Part shown: piece after piece, positions 13,001 to 26,862 of the stretch
Layout of the letters: the number at the start of each line of letters is the position of its first letter
Numbering within the stretch: position 1 is the stretch's first letter
Assembly: GCF_009914755.1 (NCBI RefSeq)
Contig: NC_060928.1
Reading direction: 5' to 3' (one strand)
Length of the DNA stretch: 64,000 nucleotides
From: the human T2T-CHM13v2.0 reference genome, Homo sapiens
Program-made: the position numbers and the translations under genes
The notes under the pieces: model-generated
Database searches by the model: none
The model's input: the letters and a program-made list of their open reading frames with translations, nothing else
What the model was told of the DNA's origin: nothing

Positions 13001-14414
13001 GACTTAGGATTCAAACATGAGTTCATAAAAAATAGGCTCAGAATTAACTTACGTGAAAGAAACCGTGATCTTCTCAGAATCATTCTTTCTATCTGATAAG
13101 TGAGTCTGAGCTCCTTTATCCCTTAAGATGTGTTTTTTTTTTTTCCTAGAAGCCATCTCTAATTCTCATACAATAGTTTGCTGGAAGCCCTGCCTGGCCA
13201 GTCTGTCTGTCTGACACTTTCAGATGTATCTGAGTCCCAAGAATGAATATTGCTTAGGCTTAAGGCAAAACAAAATATAGAATAACTTGGCCAATATTGT
13301 ATATCCTCCAGTGTCTTCTAAATCTAACTGTCTTACCTGTCTCCCCAAGTCTTCTCAAAGACGTATTGAAGATTAAGTTTACATCCTGAACCTTCATTAA
13401 TTCAACAAGGTAACACTATTCCATAAGACCTTACTGGAGACGGCAATCAAGATTTATGTTTAAGGTACCCCAACCTTGCCATTGTTTCATTTCCTTCCTT
13501 AAACAAATAAATTTATTATTCTCTTTGTACTTTTTTATTCTGTTCATAAGAATGACATTTGTATCACTTTTTGTTTGATTTTTACAGCAGATGCAGATTA
13601 TAAACAGCAGCAATGATTCAGAAGCTCCTGAAAACAAAATGCAAAGGTTGTAAAACATGCTGCATATGCTTTGTAAACATTTTCATTTCATAATTGTCTC
13701 TATGAAGAACTGAGATGTTTGAATTGTGGTTGAAGTTGATGGGATTCAGCAGTCTCAAAATTGATTTTTTGTTCTGCTTTTCAAATGTTAGATTGCCATT
13801 ACCTTATGTGTTTTATATGTATATACTCTTTAATAATGATTAAAGCAATAAAGTATATCAGGTAATAAATATAAATTCTCCCTGGAAAAGAGACTTAATT
13901 CATTTTTAGGTGACTCTAGGTACAAGATTTCCTGTCATTTGTTTTCAAATGTAGATTGTATACTTTGGTAAGCAACATAAGAAGCATGTTTTCTCCTATT
14001 AAATCTATGCTTTTTAACTTCATGAGAAATAGTATTCTGTGACTAAAAAATTATGAAGTCTATGAAAAGGAAATAAAATAAGGTTACATAATTTGGACTC
14101 ACATTTCATCTCTCAATAGTTTATTTGAAAAGAACAGAGTGTGTTTTCTATAGAATAATGCCATGAATATTGCTGTTTGCAAATTGATGAGAGGGTTCAT
14201 GCTATTTTAGCACTTGTTTGAAGTCAGGAAACCTGAATTCTATTTACAAATTTGATTGACATTATCAGCTAAAACCCAACATTTCACTTAATCTTCCTGG
14301 AGTTTCTATATCTGTACCATCAAATGATTATTACTGTGCTTAATTATAATAGTAACAGAATGTTCTTGAAGTACATTTGGTACTTAGGAAGTAAAGCATG
14401 TATTTTGAGAGACC

Positions 14415-14660
14415 GCAGAGTATAGTGGCATCTAGCATATATTCTGCACTCAGAATGTATGAGTTCAAATAATGACACTACCTCTTATTATCTTACAACT
14501 TCAATAATTTATCATTTCTCTGCCTCATTTTCTTCATCTATAAAATAGGGATAACACTTGCACCTATCAGGTGGGGTGGTTATGAGGAGTCAAGCTGTGA
14601 ATATCTATGAAGCTTTTAGAACCATAGTTTACACACAGTAAATGATGTATTTGTTAAACA
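14415..14660 (+). mobile_element. MIR SINE
   Basis: 'gagttcaaat...ctacctctta...ctctgcctcattttcttcatctataaaataggg'. Confidence 0.75.
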
Positions 14661-14800
14661 AATACTTTTCAGGTAACTATCATAAAATGTAACATTCTTT
14701 ATGTTATATACATGGGAGGGGGAGTCTCAGATAATTTTTTAAAAACATACTTCAAAATAATACATAAAATGACATTCAGCAGTAGCAAAAAACCAGTTAA

Positions 14801-15146
<346 letters not shown>

Positions 15147-15499
15147 TAATGTTTTTGTCTGTATAGTGGAAATACGGTAAATTTAGGACTTGTCTTAGAT
15201 TTAAAAAATAAAATTTATACAATTGGTTACTCAATTTAGTATCAGTTTAACTTTTAAAACACTATAGAATTCTCAAGGTTTCCTAAATAATTTTAAGGCA
15301 GGCAATTAAAAAATTCAGAATTTCAGAGATGCAAGAGCCTGAAGTTTTCACTGGCAATAACACATAGAGTTTAAGGATTAATGGTCTTGCTTTGCTGGTA
15401 GGTAGGTGTATCTACATAATTAAGTTCTGACAATTAAAATCTAAGCATGAATGCCATGTGAGAGTTTTAAGAAACCTGCTTAAAAGGACTCTGTTTTTC

Positions 15500-15770
15500 C
15501 CTATGCTACCCTTGTAATAAAAATGTGATGGCAGGAGCTCCAACAGCAATTTTTGTCTAGGAGGAAACCCTAGGAATGGAGGTGGTGCTGAGGGTGGCGG
15601 AGTAGAAAGTTAGAATGAGACTGGGTCCCTGGTAACTCCACCAAATCAACCTGAGTCACCTACCTTGTATCTTTAAGTGTGAGAGAGAGAAATAAATTTT
15701 TACACTATTTAAACCAATTTTATTTTTATGCTTTTTAAAAAACATGCAGCCAACTGTAGTCTGAAATGAA
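15500..15770 (+). mobile_element. MLT1-type LTR 3' fragment
   Basis: 'aatgtgatggcaggagctccaacagc' and 'gtgagagagagaaataaatt...catgcagccaa'. Confidence 0.5.
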
Positions 15771-17515
15771 GCCTGCTCCCACAGAAAGGACATAACCTGT
15801 ATTTGCCTCATCCCTCTACTCAGTAAAATGTAGCAACATCTGAGAATTGTATTTGTATGGAAAGAGTGGGTGTTGAGGAGATATGTAATCATGCAAGCGT
15901 TATCCCACTTAATTTGGTCTGAAAAATATAGCTTAGTAAAAAGGAATGTTCTGCTTATCCAGCTCAACTTACTCAAATTTTCTGCATTGGGATTTATGGA
16001 AAATCCAATTTAAAAACTTCTTTTTTTATTAGCAGTCTTCCTGTGGATGGGCAACAGGATTTGATATTTCTGGGTTTCTTTTTTAGAAATTCATTTAACA
16101 TTGTAGATGCCTCCTGTCCTCTCCATAGACCCAGAGCGTCCCACCTGATCTCCTTACCCGAAGCTGATTAGAGCTCTAGCATCTAGTGAGCAAGGAGAGT
16201 CTCTGGTAGTGTGCACGTGCTAAAGACATTGTAGCCTCCCCTTGAGTAATGATAATTGCTCAAAAATATTCCTTACAGATGCCAATCTGTTATCAGAGAA
16301 ATAGCTATTTTAAAAATGTATATTTAGAGTAAAGCTGTAAGCAGGGCAGAAATGAGCAAGAAGGTTGAGGGCATGTGTCTGATTTTATTTTCCCTTTACA
16401 TAATGCAAAATAGTTTGCCACCTAATTTACTAATAATGTGCAAATCCCAAAGAGACAGTGATTATAACATGGAGCAGTTGTTTATTCAATAACTAGAACT
16501 CGCTAATTTTCTCCACTACAAGATTCACCAGATAAATACATTTTCCAGATAAACAATTTATAATACTAGTATGAGAATTATCGATCTAATCAAAAAGAAT
16601 AACGTTATTAGGTGAGAATATCTTGAACATAAATAGCTTGGCTAATCTCTAAAAATATTTATTTTAAATATTTCCAAATATGGACAATGCATTTGCAATA
16701 CAGTTGGTCAATTCTTTATCAAAAACCACATTTCATATTATTTGTTTGGCAATAACTAAACTTACAGGATTCAGAAAATCCATCAACACATGGACCTTCT
16801 GTCACGCAAAAGAGTGTTTGGGGTTTGGGGGGATAATTTTTGTTTTTTCTTAAAGAAAGAAAGGGAAGAAGCTGGAAATAGAATGTTATTCCAAAGACAC
16901 ACAAAAAAGTGATGCCTAATAGAGACTCCTTTATTCATAGAAAGGATGCAACTGAATTAATCACTCTATATTCATAATCCACTTGGTAATAGAAGCACTT
17001 CCTGGGGTTAATGGGATGTAGGAGTAACACATCCTGAAAAATAATCAGTAAAAGAGTGTGTCACACACTGGGGGAAACCCAAAGCCTAATACAAATGACC
17101 AGGATGTAGTGTCAAGAGAATACAGTGGATAACAAAACTCATTTCCATGTCTAAAGTGGATAGAAGAATGTTTTAACTCTAGGGGATGGTCTACATGAAG
17201 TTTAGAAGAACCAGCCCAAAGAAAGAAAAGTTGGCCTATTTATGATTGTTGCCCAGGAAAATGGAAACTAGATCTGACTAGAAAATGAACTTATTCTAAT
17301 CAACAAAATGCATGCTTAAAAAAAAATTTCACCCTGCTTTATTTAAAATGTAGTGCCTAAAAAACTGGCAAGCTATTATGATTAAACCAACGAGGTAGGT
17401 GGAGAAATGCAGGCTTCAGTTTAATTTTATCAAAAGGCACACCACTTCTTCGAACCTCCATGACTGCAAAGAGTCACCCACATTAAAAGAAACATAAGAG
17501 AAAAACAATGGCTAG

Positions 17516-17893
<378 letters not shown>

Positions 17894-18071
17894 CAACATT
17901 TTCAATACAATTTTATCAGCACCTGCTTTCACCCAATCTCATTTCTATATCTGGTCTGGATGGAGGAGAGAGATATAATTCAAAAGATTATCAATGGAGT
18001 GTCTTGTATATAAGAACTACTTCTGACTCTCAAACATATTTGGTTCAAGTTCATGTGTTAGACTATAAGAA

Positions 18072-18078
18072 TCTCTCT

Positions 18079-18115
<37 letters not shown>

Positions 18116-18123
18116 TGTGTGTG
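18072..18123. repeat. (CT)n(GT)n microsatellite
   Basis: Directly visible. Confidence 0.95.
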
Positions 18124-18424
18124 CATTTCAAATAAGCACTGGGGAATGGATTGAGGACACAGGATTCATTATGGACAATATAAAATTTCCCTCAAGAATA
18201 CCCACTCATGCCTATTATGGATGTCTATCATGTCTATCATTGCTACATGAGCAATTTCTCAAGTATTCTGACAGTAAGGAGGTGTGTGAGTATTGCAGTT
18301 TTTGAATCTTATCAAACATTTCTTAAATATACTAATCAATTTTTTTAATGTTTACTTGTGAGTTTAAGTAGCACGGAACCCAGATTAACTGAAAGTTACT
18401 GAAAGGCAGAGTCTGTCTCATTCA

Positions 18425-18723
<299 letters not shown>

Positions 18724-18746
18724 TATCTATATATTGTTTTACTAGC

Positions 18747-19255
18747 TGTGTTAGGCAGAATAATGGCCCCTGGAACCTGTGAATATGTTATTTTACCTGT
18801 TATACATGATCCAGGATTAAGCAGGTGGGCCCAATCTAATCACACGAGTCCTTTAAAATGGAAAGTTTTTTTTGTTTTTTTTTTTTGACTCAGAGAAGTG
18901 AGATAGAAGAAGATATTGGAAGACAGGGCTTTCTGGCTTTGAAGATGGAGAAAGGGATCTACCAGCCAAGGAATGAAAAGACTCTAGAAACTGCGAATGG
19001 CCCTCAACTGACAGATACCCAGAAAACAGGGGTCTTAGTCCTACTGCAAGGAAGTGAATTCTGCCAACAATGAAATGAGCATGGAAACAGATTCTCCCTC
19101 ATAGCCTCCAGTATGGAGTGTAATCTTGCCAACACCATAATTTTAGCTTAGTGAGACCTGTGTCAGACTTCTGAACTACAGAACTGCATGATAATAATTT
19201 TTTTGTTTCTTGAAGCCAATAAGTTTGTTGTAATTTGTGATGAGCATAAAATGTT
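18747..19255 (+). mobile_element. MLT1D-like LTR
   Basis: 'tgtgttaggcagaataatggcccc', 'ctggctttgaagatggag', 'gtcagacttctgaactacagaactg'. Confidence 0.8.
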
Positions 19256-20274
19256 GATGACTAAACCTGTGGCACTGAGAATACCAGAGCCCGCAGGTAC
19301 TTTGTAGCAGTAGAGGGAGGGTAGTAACATGCATTGAGAGAGCAGGGGTCCTCATTTGATTCATAGTTCACGCTAATATAGTAAAGCCTCCAAGACATCC
19401 TGAAACAATAAACTTTATACACTGTATTAGATTTAGTGTTTCTTCAACTTATTTGACTTCAGAACCCCTCTCTTTTCATGTCAAGTACTTTAATATCCTC
19501 TGGAATAAGGTAGGGAACCACCATCTTAAGCAAAACCCTGCCATTTGCCTAACTTGAATTTCTTTTCTTTATCTTATAGGAGAATCAGTAAATCTGAAGG
19601 AAGAAGAATGAAATGATCAACATGTTTGGAAATTATAAAAGCCATATGGTTACTAATAATGCCAAAAGTATAATGTTATGAAAGAGCAGGCTGTAACCTT
19701 ACAGGTCCATTTGTTCTTCATGGAAAATCACACTTACAAACCATTTATCTTTAACCATTTTTTGTGGCAACTTTGGTTCCTTATATATGTATAGAATTAT
19801 TGTTATAATGTTAATAAGTTAAACACTTCTAGAAATCTATGTCTTTGACCTCATGATAATATTTTGTCATTAAAATGTCTGATTTTAAAAGGTTGAACAT
19901 TTTATAAAATCTCAAAGATGGTGATATATAACCAAAAGCAACAGAAAATATTTTTATATTTTTTCTATTTTCATCTCTTCCAAGATGCCTGAGGATTTCT
20001 TTTGGGGAACAAATGTTCAATGACATAGACTAAAAATCTTATACTGTCTTTGACAATTAAAACTTCAGTTCATTTTTACACAGACATTCATTCAATAAGT
20101 GAGGTTTAATGTAAACTAAATAAAATAATAAATCATCCTGGTTAGCAATTAGACTATTAAATGTTATTTCAAATCTACTAAATAATTTGAAGCCTAATTA
20201 ATCAAACTGGAAACCCTAAAAATTAAATGTTGTCTATTCTATGATGTGTTTGTTTACAGCATCCTTGCCTTCTT

Positions 20275-20597
20275 CTTTTTATTTATTTTTTATTTTATTT
20301 ATTTATTTATTTATTTGAGACAGTCTCCCTCTGTTGCCCCAGGCTGGAGTGCAGTGGCATGATCTCAGCTCACTGCAACCTCTGCCCCCCGGGGTTCAAG
20401 CAATTCTCCTGCTTCAGCTTCCCAAGTAGCTGGGACCACAGGTACACGTCACCAGGCCCAGCTAATTTCTGTATTTTTAGTAGAGATAGGGTTTCACCAC
20501 ATTGGCCAGGCTGGACTCCAACTCCTGATCCCAAGTGATCCTCTTGCCTCGGCCTCTTAAAGTACTGGGATTACAGGTGTAACCACTGCGCCTGGCC
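20275..20597 (-). mobile_element. AluS
   Basis: Alu dimer with (ttta)n tail; TSD cc[t/c]gccttcttct-type repeat on both flanks. Confidence 0.95.
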
Positions 20598-21463
20598 ACC
20601 TCGCCTTCTTCTAAAGGAGATTACTAATAATGGGAAGACAAGACTTCCAACTATAATTTCTTTCTATTAATGGTCTCATTAGAATTGATTTTATAATTCT
20701 AGATCACAAGGCAAAAAGCTTTCATTGTCCCAAAATTCAAAAGTCTACTTTGACAACGTTTATTGTAAATATTCTATCTGATATTAAGGACAGCAAAGCA
20801 TTATGAAAATCATTGTTACCAAAATTCCAGCATTCCAGCATTGTAATATTATGATAGTAGCATTAGAAATAGTAACAAAAACATAATTTTAAATCAAAGA
20901 GAGTATATGTTTAAAATTCCAACTGAATGTTAGGATGGAAAAAGTTTTAATTTGTAAGTTGAAATTTTTCATCATGACTGCTTCAATTTCACTTTAGCCT
21001 AGAATTTTGGCTCCTCTTCTCATCACATTATTTAAAGTCCTGTCTTTACATGTGAAATATATGAATTGTGGCACAGTCAATCCATTATTTCAGCAGGCAT
21101 AACAGCTGATATCAACCACTATTAGGCTGATGTAACTTACAACTATCATGAACATCACCAAAATAGATGTTTTTTTCAGGGCCTGGTGTCATGATGATCA
21201 GCAACTAAAAGCAATGCCTGACTGTGGAGATCTCCATGTATGAGGTAAAAACAATTAAATTGTAGCTGGAGGTAGAAATGGGCACTCCTGAAGGAACAGT
21301 TATTTTAAACACCTCAAAACATATTCCCTACAAGATTGGAATAAACTTCCATGGAAATAATCATTCTTACAGATAAGAGAATTATTAGCCTAACAATTGC
21401 CTTTATTTCTTGTCTGTTAGAATCTTGATCAAGATGATTTAGGAATATGAAAAGGTCATCAGG

Positions 21464-21767
21464 ATGAATTTTTGAAAAGAAAAATTCCTTTCTCTCTCAG
21501 AAAGTTCATATTCCAAACACACAATAAGCTGAGTCATATACTTGACTGAGTCGTTATAAATTGGAGATAACAATTAGACTTGTCCTTCCATTTCCAGACT
21601 TTTTGCTCTATCTATACAAGTCTGCACTTCAATAAGATCCAGCTTAGTAACCTTAAACACTATTTTCTCCTTTTCTTTCTTGTATGAGTTGTGAGGATTA
21701 AACTGCCTGTTTAACCCTGGGAGGCAAGCAGGCCTCCCAGAGCCCTCCCAGAGCCCATGGAAACTGG
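21464..21767 (+). repeat. Local direct duplication A, copy 1
   Basis: Aligns to 23331-23616 with about 12 substitutions plus indels near the 3' end (hand count). Confidence 0.95.
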
Positions 21768-22789
21768 GTACAGCTGAGTGTTTAAGCCAACCAATCCAAG
21801 TAAAGGATGGAGGTGGTCCACTAGGCCACTGGTCCACTCATCCAGAAAAGCTGTAACAGAAGTCCCAGAACCCAGCCTTCCTAATGATAGCAGGGGAAAT
21901 TCTGGTGCTCCTCCACATTGGAGGTAGGTAGAACAGCATGGAAACCAGGTTTATCATTTAGTGATTCCGTTTTTACCTCCCAACTTCTGATCATATATGC
22001 CCTGGGAGGGACTGGTATTTCCCAATCATGATGCTTAAAACACCCAAGCACACAAGTGAGTAGCAATGACAGATACTGTTCACTGTCCTTGAATACCATG
22101 ATCAATAGTGGACCACTATGGCTCTGGTTTCCATGAGGGTCCCCCCACCAAATATTTTCCAAAAGGCTGGCTCTGTGTCTGCTCTGTCTTGCCATTTACT
22201 GTTTGTCTGACTTGCCCCATCATCTGAAGTACCATGAGCCTGTCTTTCTTTCTTACAAGCTGAAAGTGCACGACTTTAATACCCTTTTACTTAGTTCAAA
22301 TAGAACTAAATTTCTAGACTTTTTTTAATGAAAACACAGATCTTGCCAAGAAAACAAATATTGGCAACAGCGGAGAAAGAGCTTAAGATGTTACTGGCAA
22401 ATTTTAATGTTAAGACCTGAAATTTCTCTGGAGAGATATTTCATATTTAGGGTTTCTTACCACAGAACAGTATGTATCCTCTTTTACAAACTAGGGGGCA
22501 AAATGATGTCACCAAAAGAACTTTGGATTAGAAGTCAATAGGCATACATTGTAGGCCTGTCTACGAAAACAAATCAACAGTGTAACTTTGAGCAGGTCAC
22601 TCAATGTTTCTAGAACTGTTGAAAAGAGACTTTTTAAGAGAAAGAGCAAGAACTGGCATGGCAAATGAGAAAACCTAAGTTGTTTGTATCTTGTGGCTTG
22701 AAACTTTGAACTAGTAGAGAGCATGTATTAACATAGTCCTGTGTGGTCAAAGAGGGGCACTCAGATATTTGCATTTTGAAAGGCCCACC

Positions 22790-23075
22790 AGCCAGGTGTG
22801 AGGGCTCTTGCCTATAAAGGCAACACTTCAGTAAGCTGAGGTGGAAAGATCACTTGAGCCCAGGAGTTACAGAACAGCCTGGGCAACACAGGAAGACTCC
22901 CATCTCTACAAAATATTAGGAAAAAAAAAAAAAAACAGGCATGGTGCACACACTCGTGGTCCCAGCTACTTGAAAGGGGAAGCTGAGATAGAAGGATCTC
23001 GTGGGCCCAGAAGATCGAGGCTGCAGTGAGCCATGATTGCATCACTGCACTCCAGCCTGGGTGACAGAGTGAAGA
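22790..23075 (+). mobile_element. AluJ
   Basis: Diverged Alu dimer with J-type 'gatcacttgagcccaggagtt' and 'gaggctgcagtgagccatgat'. Confidence 0.9.
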
Positions 23076-23322
23076 AAAGAAAGAGAGAGAGAGAGAGAGG
23101 GAGGGAGGCAGAGAGAGAGAGAGAGGGAGACAGAGAGAGAGAGGGGAGGAAGGAAGGAAGGAAGGAAGGAAGGAAGGAAGGAAGGAAGGAAGGAAGGAAG
23201 GAAGGAAGGGGAAGGGAAGGGAAAAGGGAAGGGAAGGGAAGGAGGGAGGGAGGGAGGGAGGGAATGAAGGAAGGAAGGAAGGACGGGAGGGAGGGAGGGA
23301 AGGAAGGAAGGAAAGAAGGAAG
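23072..23322 (+). repeat. Purine-rich compound microsatellite (GA)n/(GGAA)n/(GGGA)n at the Alu tail
   Basis: Includes 15 consecutive GGAA units at 23148-23207. Confidence 0.95.
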
Positions 23323-23330
23323 TTTTTGAA

Positions 23331-23616
23331 ATGAGTTTTTGAAAAGAAAAATTCCTTTCTCTCTCAGAAAGTTGATATTTCAAATACACAATAAGCTGAG
23401 TCACATACTTGACTGAGTCGTTATAAATTGGAGATAACAATTAGACTTGTCCTTCCATTTCCAGACTTTGTGCTCTAGCTATATAAGTCTGCACTTCAAT
23501 GAGGTCCAGCTTAGTAACCTTAGACACTATTTTCTCCTTTTCTTTCTTGTATGAGTTGTGAGGATTAAACTGCCTGTTCAACTGCAAGCAGGCCTCCCAG
23601 AGCCCATGGAAACTGG
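23331..23616 (+). repeat. Local direct duplication A, copy 2
   Basis: Matches 21464-21767; offset 1867 bp. Confidence 0.95.
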
Positions 23617-24379
23617 CTCAATTTTTCTTTCTCCATTTTTCTTCCTCCAAATCTCATCTCTCTACCCGTCCTGGCAAGGTCACAAATGTTTCACAGACTG
23701 ATAATTGTTGGGAAATGATGGTTTATATAAACACTAGTGTGGAGGAAAACAAAAACACCCCCTAAGGAAGAGGACTACAGTCTTCTCTTGCCAAGATAGT
23801 GGGAGCACAAATTGGTTCTGTGTCTCTTCAAACAACAATTTTAACAGTGTTCCAGAGTCATGCTATATCTCTGCATCATATTAGCATATTCTTTCCTGAC
23901 AATATCCCTGCTGGTGTTTCTGTGCTGTAATTAAATGTTAGACATTCTAGATCTGTTTACCACATTACACAGTATTCTGAAAATGTATAAAACAGTATGA
24001 AATATATTTTCATATGGGTTAAACTGAGCAGCATCTCTCCAGTGCCTTCCTTTAGATAAATTTTTGTCCCAATATAAGAGTGATAGTTTTACATTGTTTT
24101 ATCTTTAATAGAAAAGATATTTTATCCTAGGTAGACAGCAAAGAAATGAATCACACAGCCTTCTATTTTGGAAGATATGTCAATCATCCTAAATTCCCTA
24201 TTCTATACAAATAAATAGTAGAGTTCTCAGAAACTTATTTATCTCTTTTTATAAGCTTGAATTTCTAGGTGATAGATAAACAAATTAGAATTTTTTACAA
24301 AAATCCAGAGTGGGTTCTGACACAGTAATCTATTTATACTGTAAGCCTCTTCTCCTGATTCTTTTATTGGTCAATTCAT

Positions 24380-25090
24380 GGCTTCATTATAAGAAATATT
24401 GAGCATATTGGCTTGTACAAATAACAGTATTAGATGTTAAAAGAAAGAAACAGGCTCTGACTTTCAAAAACTTACACTCTGCTAAGCAGAAAGACAATAA
24501 TATTGATAATTATAGCATAAGATAGAATTTGGAAGTAGGTACTAAAAATATTTTAATAATATAGAAATGATTAGAAGAAACATATAGTCACTCAGGTGGA
24601 ATCATGAAACCAACTGAAATGGGTCTGGCAATGTTGATATCATTATGGTATCTACGGATAAGTGGAAGAAGGCATTTCAAACACAGAAAATTGAATGGGC
24701 AAAAGCTCGGGCAATGTAAAGGGTCGGGCTTGCTTATTCTACTGTGAGCCAGACACTGGGCTTAGCAGTGGCAATATGATGATGAATATTAAGTTTCTAC
24801 ATTATGGAGTTCACAGTTTGAGAACAATCTGGGAATAATATGTAGATAAGTATTGCTTGTAATACCAGTACCAGCCAATGGAATCACAAAGTAAAGAATA
24901 TTGAAAGCCAGGCTAAGGAGTTTATTCAGTGAAATGCTGGTGTGTTTGTGCATGTGTGTGTGTGTGTGTGTGCAAGTGCACTTTAAGCAAGAGAGAGATA
25001 ATCGTAGTTGTGATTTAGGAAGATTAATTTAGCAGAAATAAATGACACAGGGTTGAAAGAATGGAAGTAAAGAGGCTAGGGAAGAGTTTA
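24380..25090 (-). mobile_element. L2 fragments
   Basis: 'aaatattgagc', 'ctactgtgagccagacactgggct', 'gccaggctaaggagttt' L2 motifs. Confidence 0.55.
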
Positions 25091-25509
25091 CTTTGCACAT
25101 CAACTTCACTCTTTTTTAAAGCAAGGTTTTACATTTCATCTCTCTCCCCTTTAATCTTTTTTTTTTTTTTTTAATGGGAGATGGATGATGGTGAGCAAGG
25201 TCACTTGCTTTTCCTCAACCTGCCACCTGCTTGGATTTCTCTTATCATATATATTACATGCACTTTCTCCACTTCTCACTGTGTTTATTCTTGCATCTGT
25301 TGTCTTTTCTCTAATCTCCTTTGTCCCTGATGCCAATCCCAAATACTCAAAGGCTGGCTACATATATTACTGCCCACTTTCAAACTCTGATCTTTAAGTT
25401 CTTATATGGATGTATGTTCCATTCGGGTTGGCAGTTCAACTTATTATAAGCAGAGCTTATACTGACAGAATCATATATTCAGGTCTTTTCATTTTAAAAA
25501 ATATAAAAG

Positions 25510-25745
25510 AAGGGAAACTGGTGCTTCAGATAAAAGGGCTGCCCAATTACAAGATGGGACAGGACCATATGTATGAGTGTGGAGAAAAGGGATCAGGAAT
25601 CATAGTAGATAAGATGACAATGAGTCACCAGTGTGGGACTATAGTTAAGAAAGGGAACATGATAGTGGGATACATGAGTAGGATCATAAAATGTAAGAAC
25701 CATAAGGTACTCAGCATTAATCAGGCCCAACGGATCTGGGCTTAG
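25510..25745 (+). mobile_element. CR1/L3 LINE ORF2 fragment
   Basis: Translation YKMG...EKGSGIIVDKMTMSHQCGTIVKKGNMIVGYMSR resembles the CR1 post-RT motif Y.LG...EKDLGVLVD.KL.MSQQC...AKKAN.ILG.I.R. Confidence 0.8.
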
Positions 25746-26273
25746 TACCAAAAGGAGTGTGATGACAGGGTCTGCCTAAGGCACAACCACAAGGTAAGTG
25801 AATTAGACTTTAGCAGCAGCTGCACACCAGTCTTTTCCATATTCTGCTTATCCTCACTGATGCCCACACCTCCAGAGAGTTAACACTCAGTACTGTCACA
25901 TGGGGCCACCACCCAGGCACCCTCCCACATTCAAATACCATCCGCCTCTCTTTTTACAATGCTGGAAATTTGAGATCTGGATCCCAGAATTCTGACAAAA
26001 TACTGCAGAAAATGAAAGTAGTTGTATGTTCAAAGGAGAGGTTGGAATAGTGAGACTTAAACTCAGTGTAATGACTCTGCAATGGTGCAATTTCTGGCAG
26101 TATGGCATGTCATAGAGTGATACATTGGCATGGGGAGATGTAGTAAGGAAGGCTTTCAGTTTTCTCCTATAAGGAATATTTCAACCAAAACCACATTATG
26201 CATGCAGCTAGTTAACATAACACATAAATCTGGCATAAAATATTTTAGAATGACTTTAGGTAACTAAATGAGT

Positions 26274-26276
<3 letters not shown>

Positions 26277-26320
<44 letters not shown>
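26277..26320. repeat. (AC)22 microsatellite
   Basis: Directly visible. Confidence 0.95.
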
Positions 26321-26322
<2 letters not shown>

Positions 26323-26862
26323 CATTTAATCCCAAAGCGTATTGTTCTGCATTTTTTCCTGCTGAATTTCAATATGTTTCTCACCAATTGTGCAAGTTAA
26401 TAAATATGATTTAAATTCAGATTCTAGTCTGTAAGTACTATAACCATCTAATAATCATATATAAGGTGTTATGAGCAAACTACATATATGTATATATTTA
26501 CATATTCTCCAGTATGAAATTCAGTCACTCACTAAAATATTCAAAAACACCAAACCAATTAGAGAGCATTTAATTTCATGTATCCCCTTTTTCTGGACTG
26601 GTAAATAACACTGTATATATTGATACAGTCAAATCTCTCAAAACACTTATATATATCTCATACTACATAAAAGTCTTCAGGACTATATTTTGGAAGACAT
26701 GATCAATAGGATATTTGCCACACATCAATATGAAATAACTGAGGAGTAAGTCCTTTTAAACCTATGATCTTTACAGGGGCTTCTATTTAAAGAAGATAAT
26801 CACAGTGTGCTGTTACTCTGTTTTTGTACCAGTTAGGTCAAAATCTGCTCTCTAAATGTGTA

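Noticed and set aside
23033-23440. ORFs rich in EGRK or PSFL repeats
   Set aside because: Translation of the GGAA microsatellite
21464-23616. Duplication A read as the paired LTRs of a retroelement
   Set aside because: No TG...CA termini, primer-binding site or flanking TSD, and the interior contains an AluJ far older than the repeat pair
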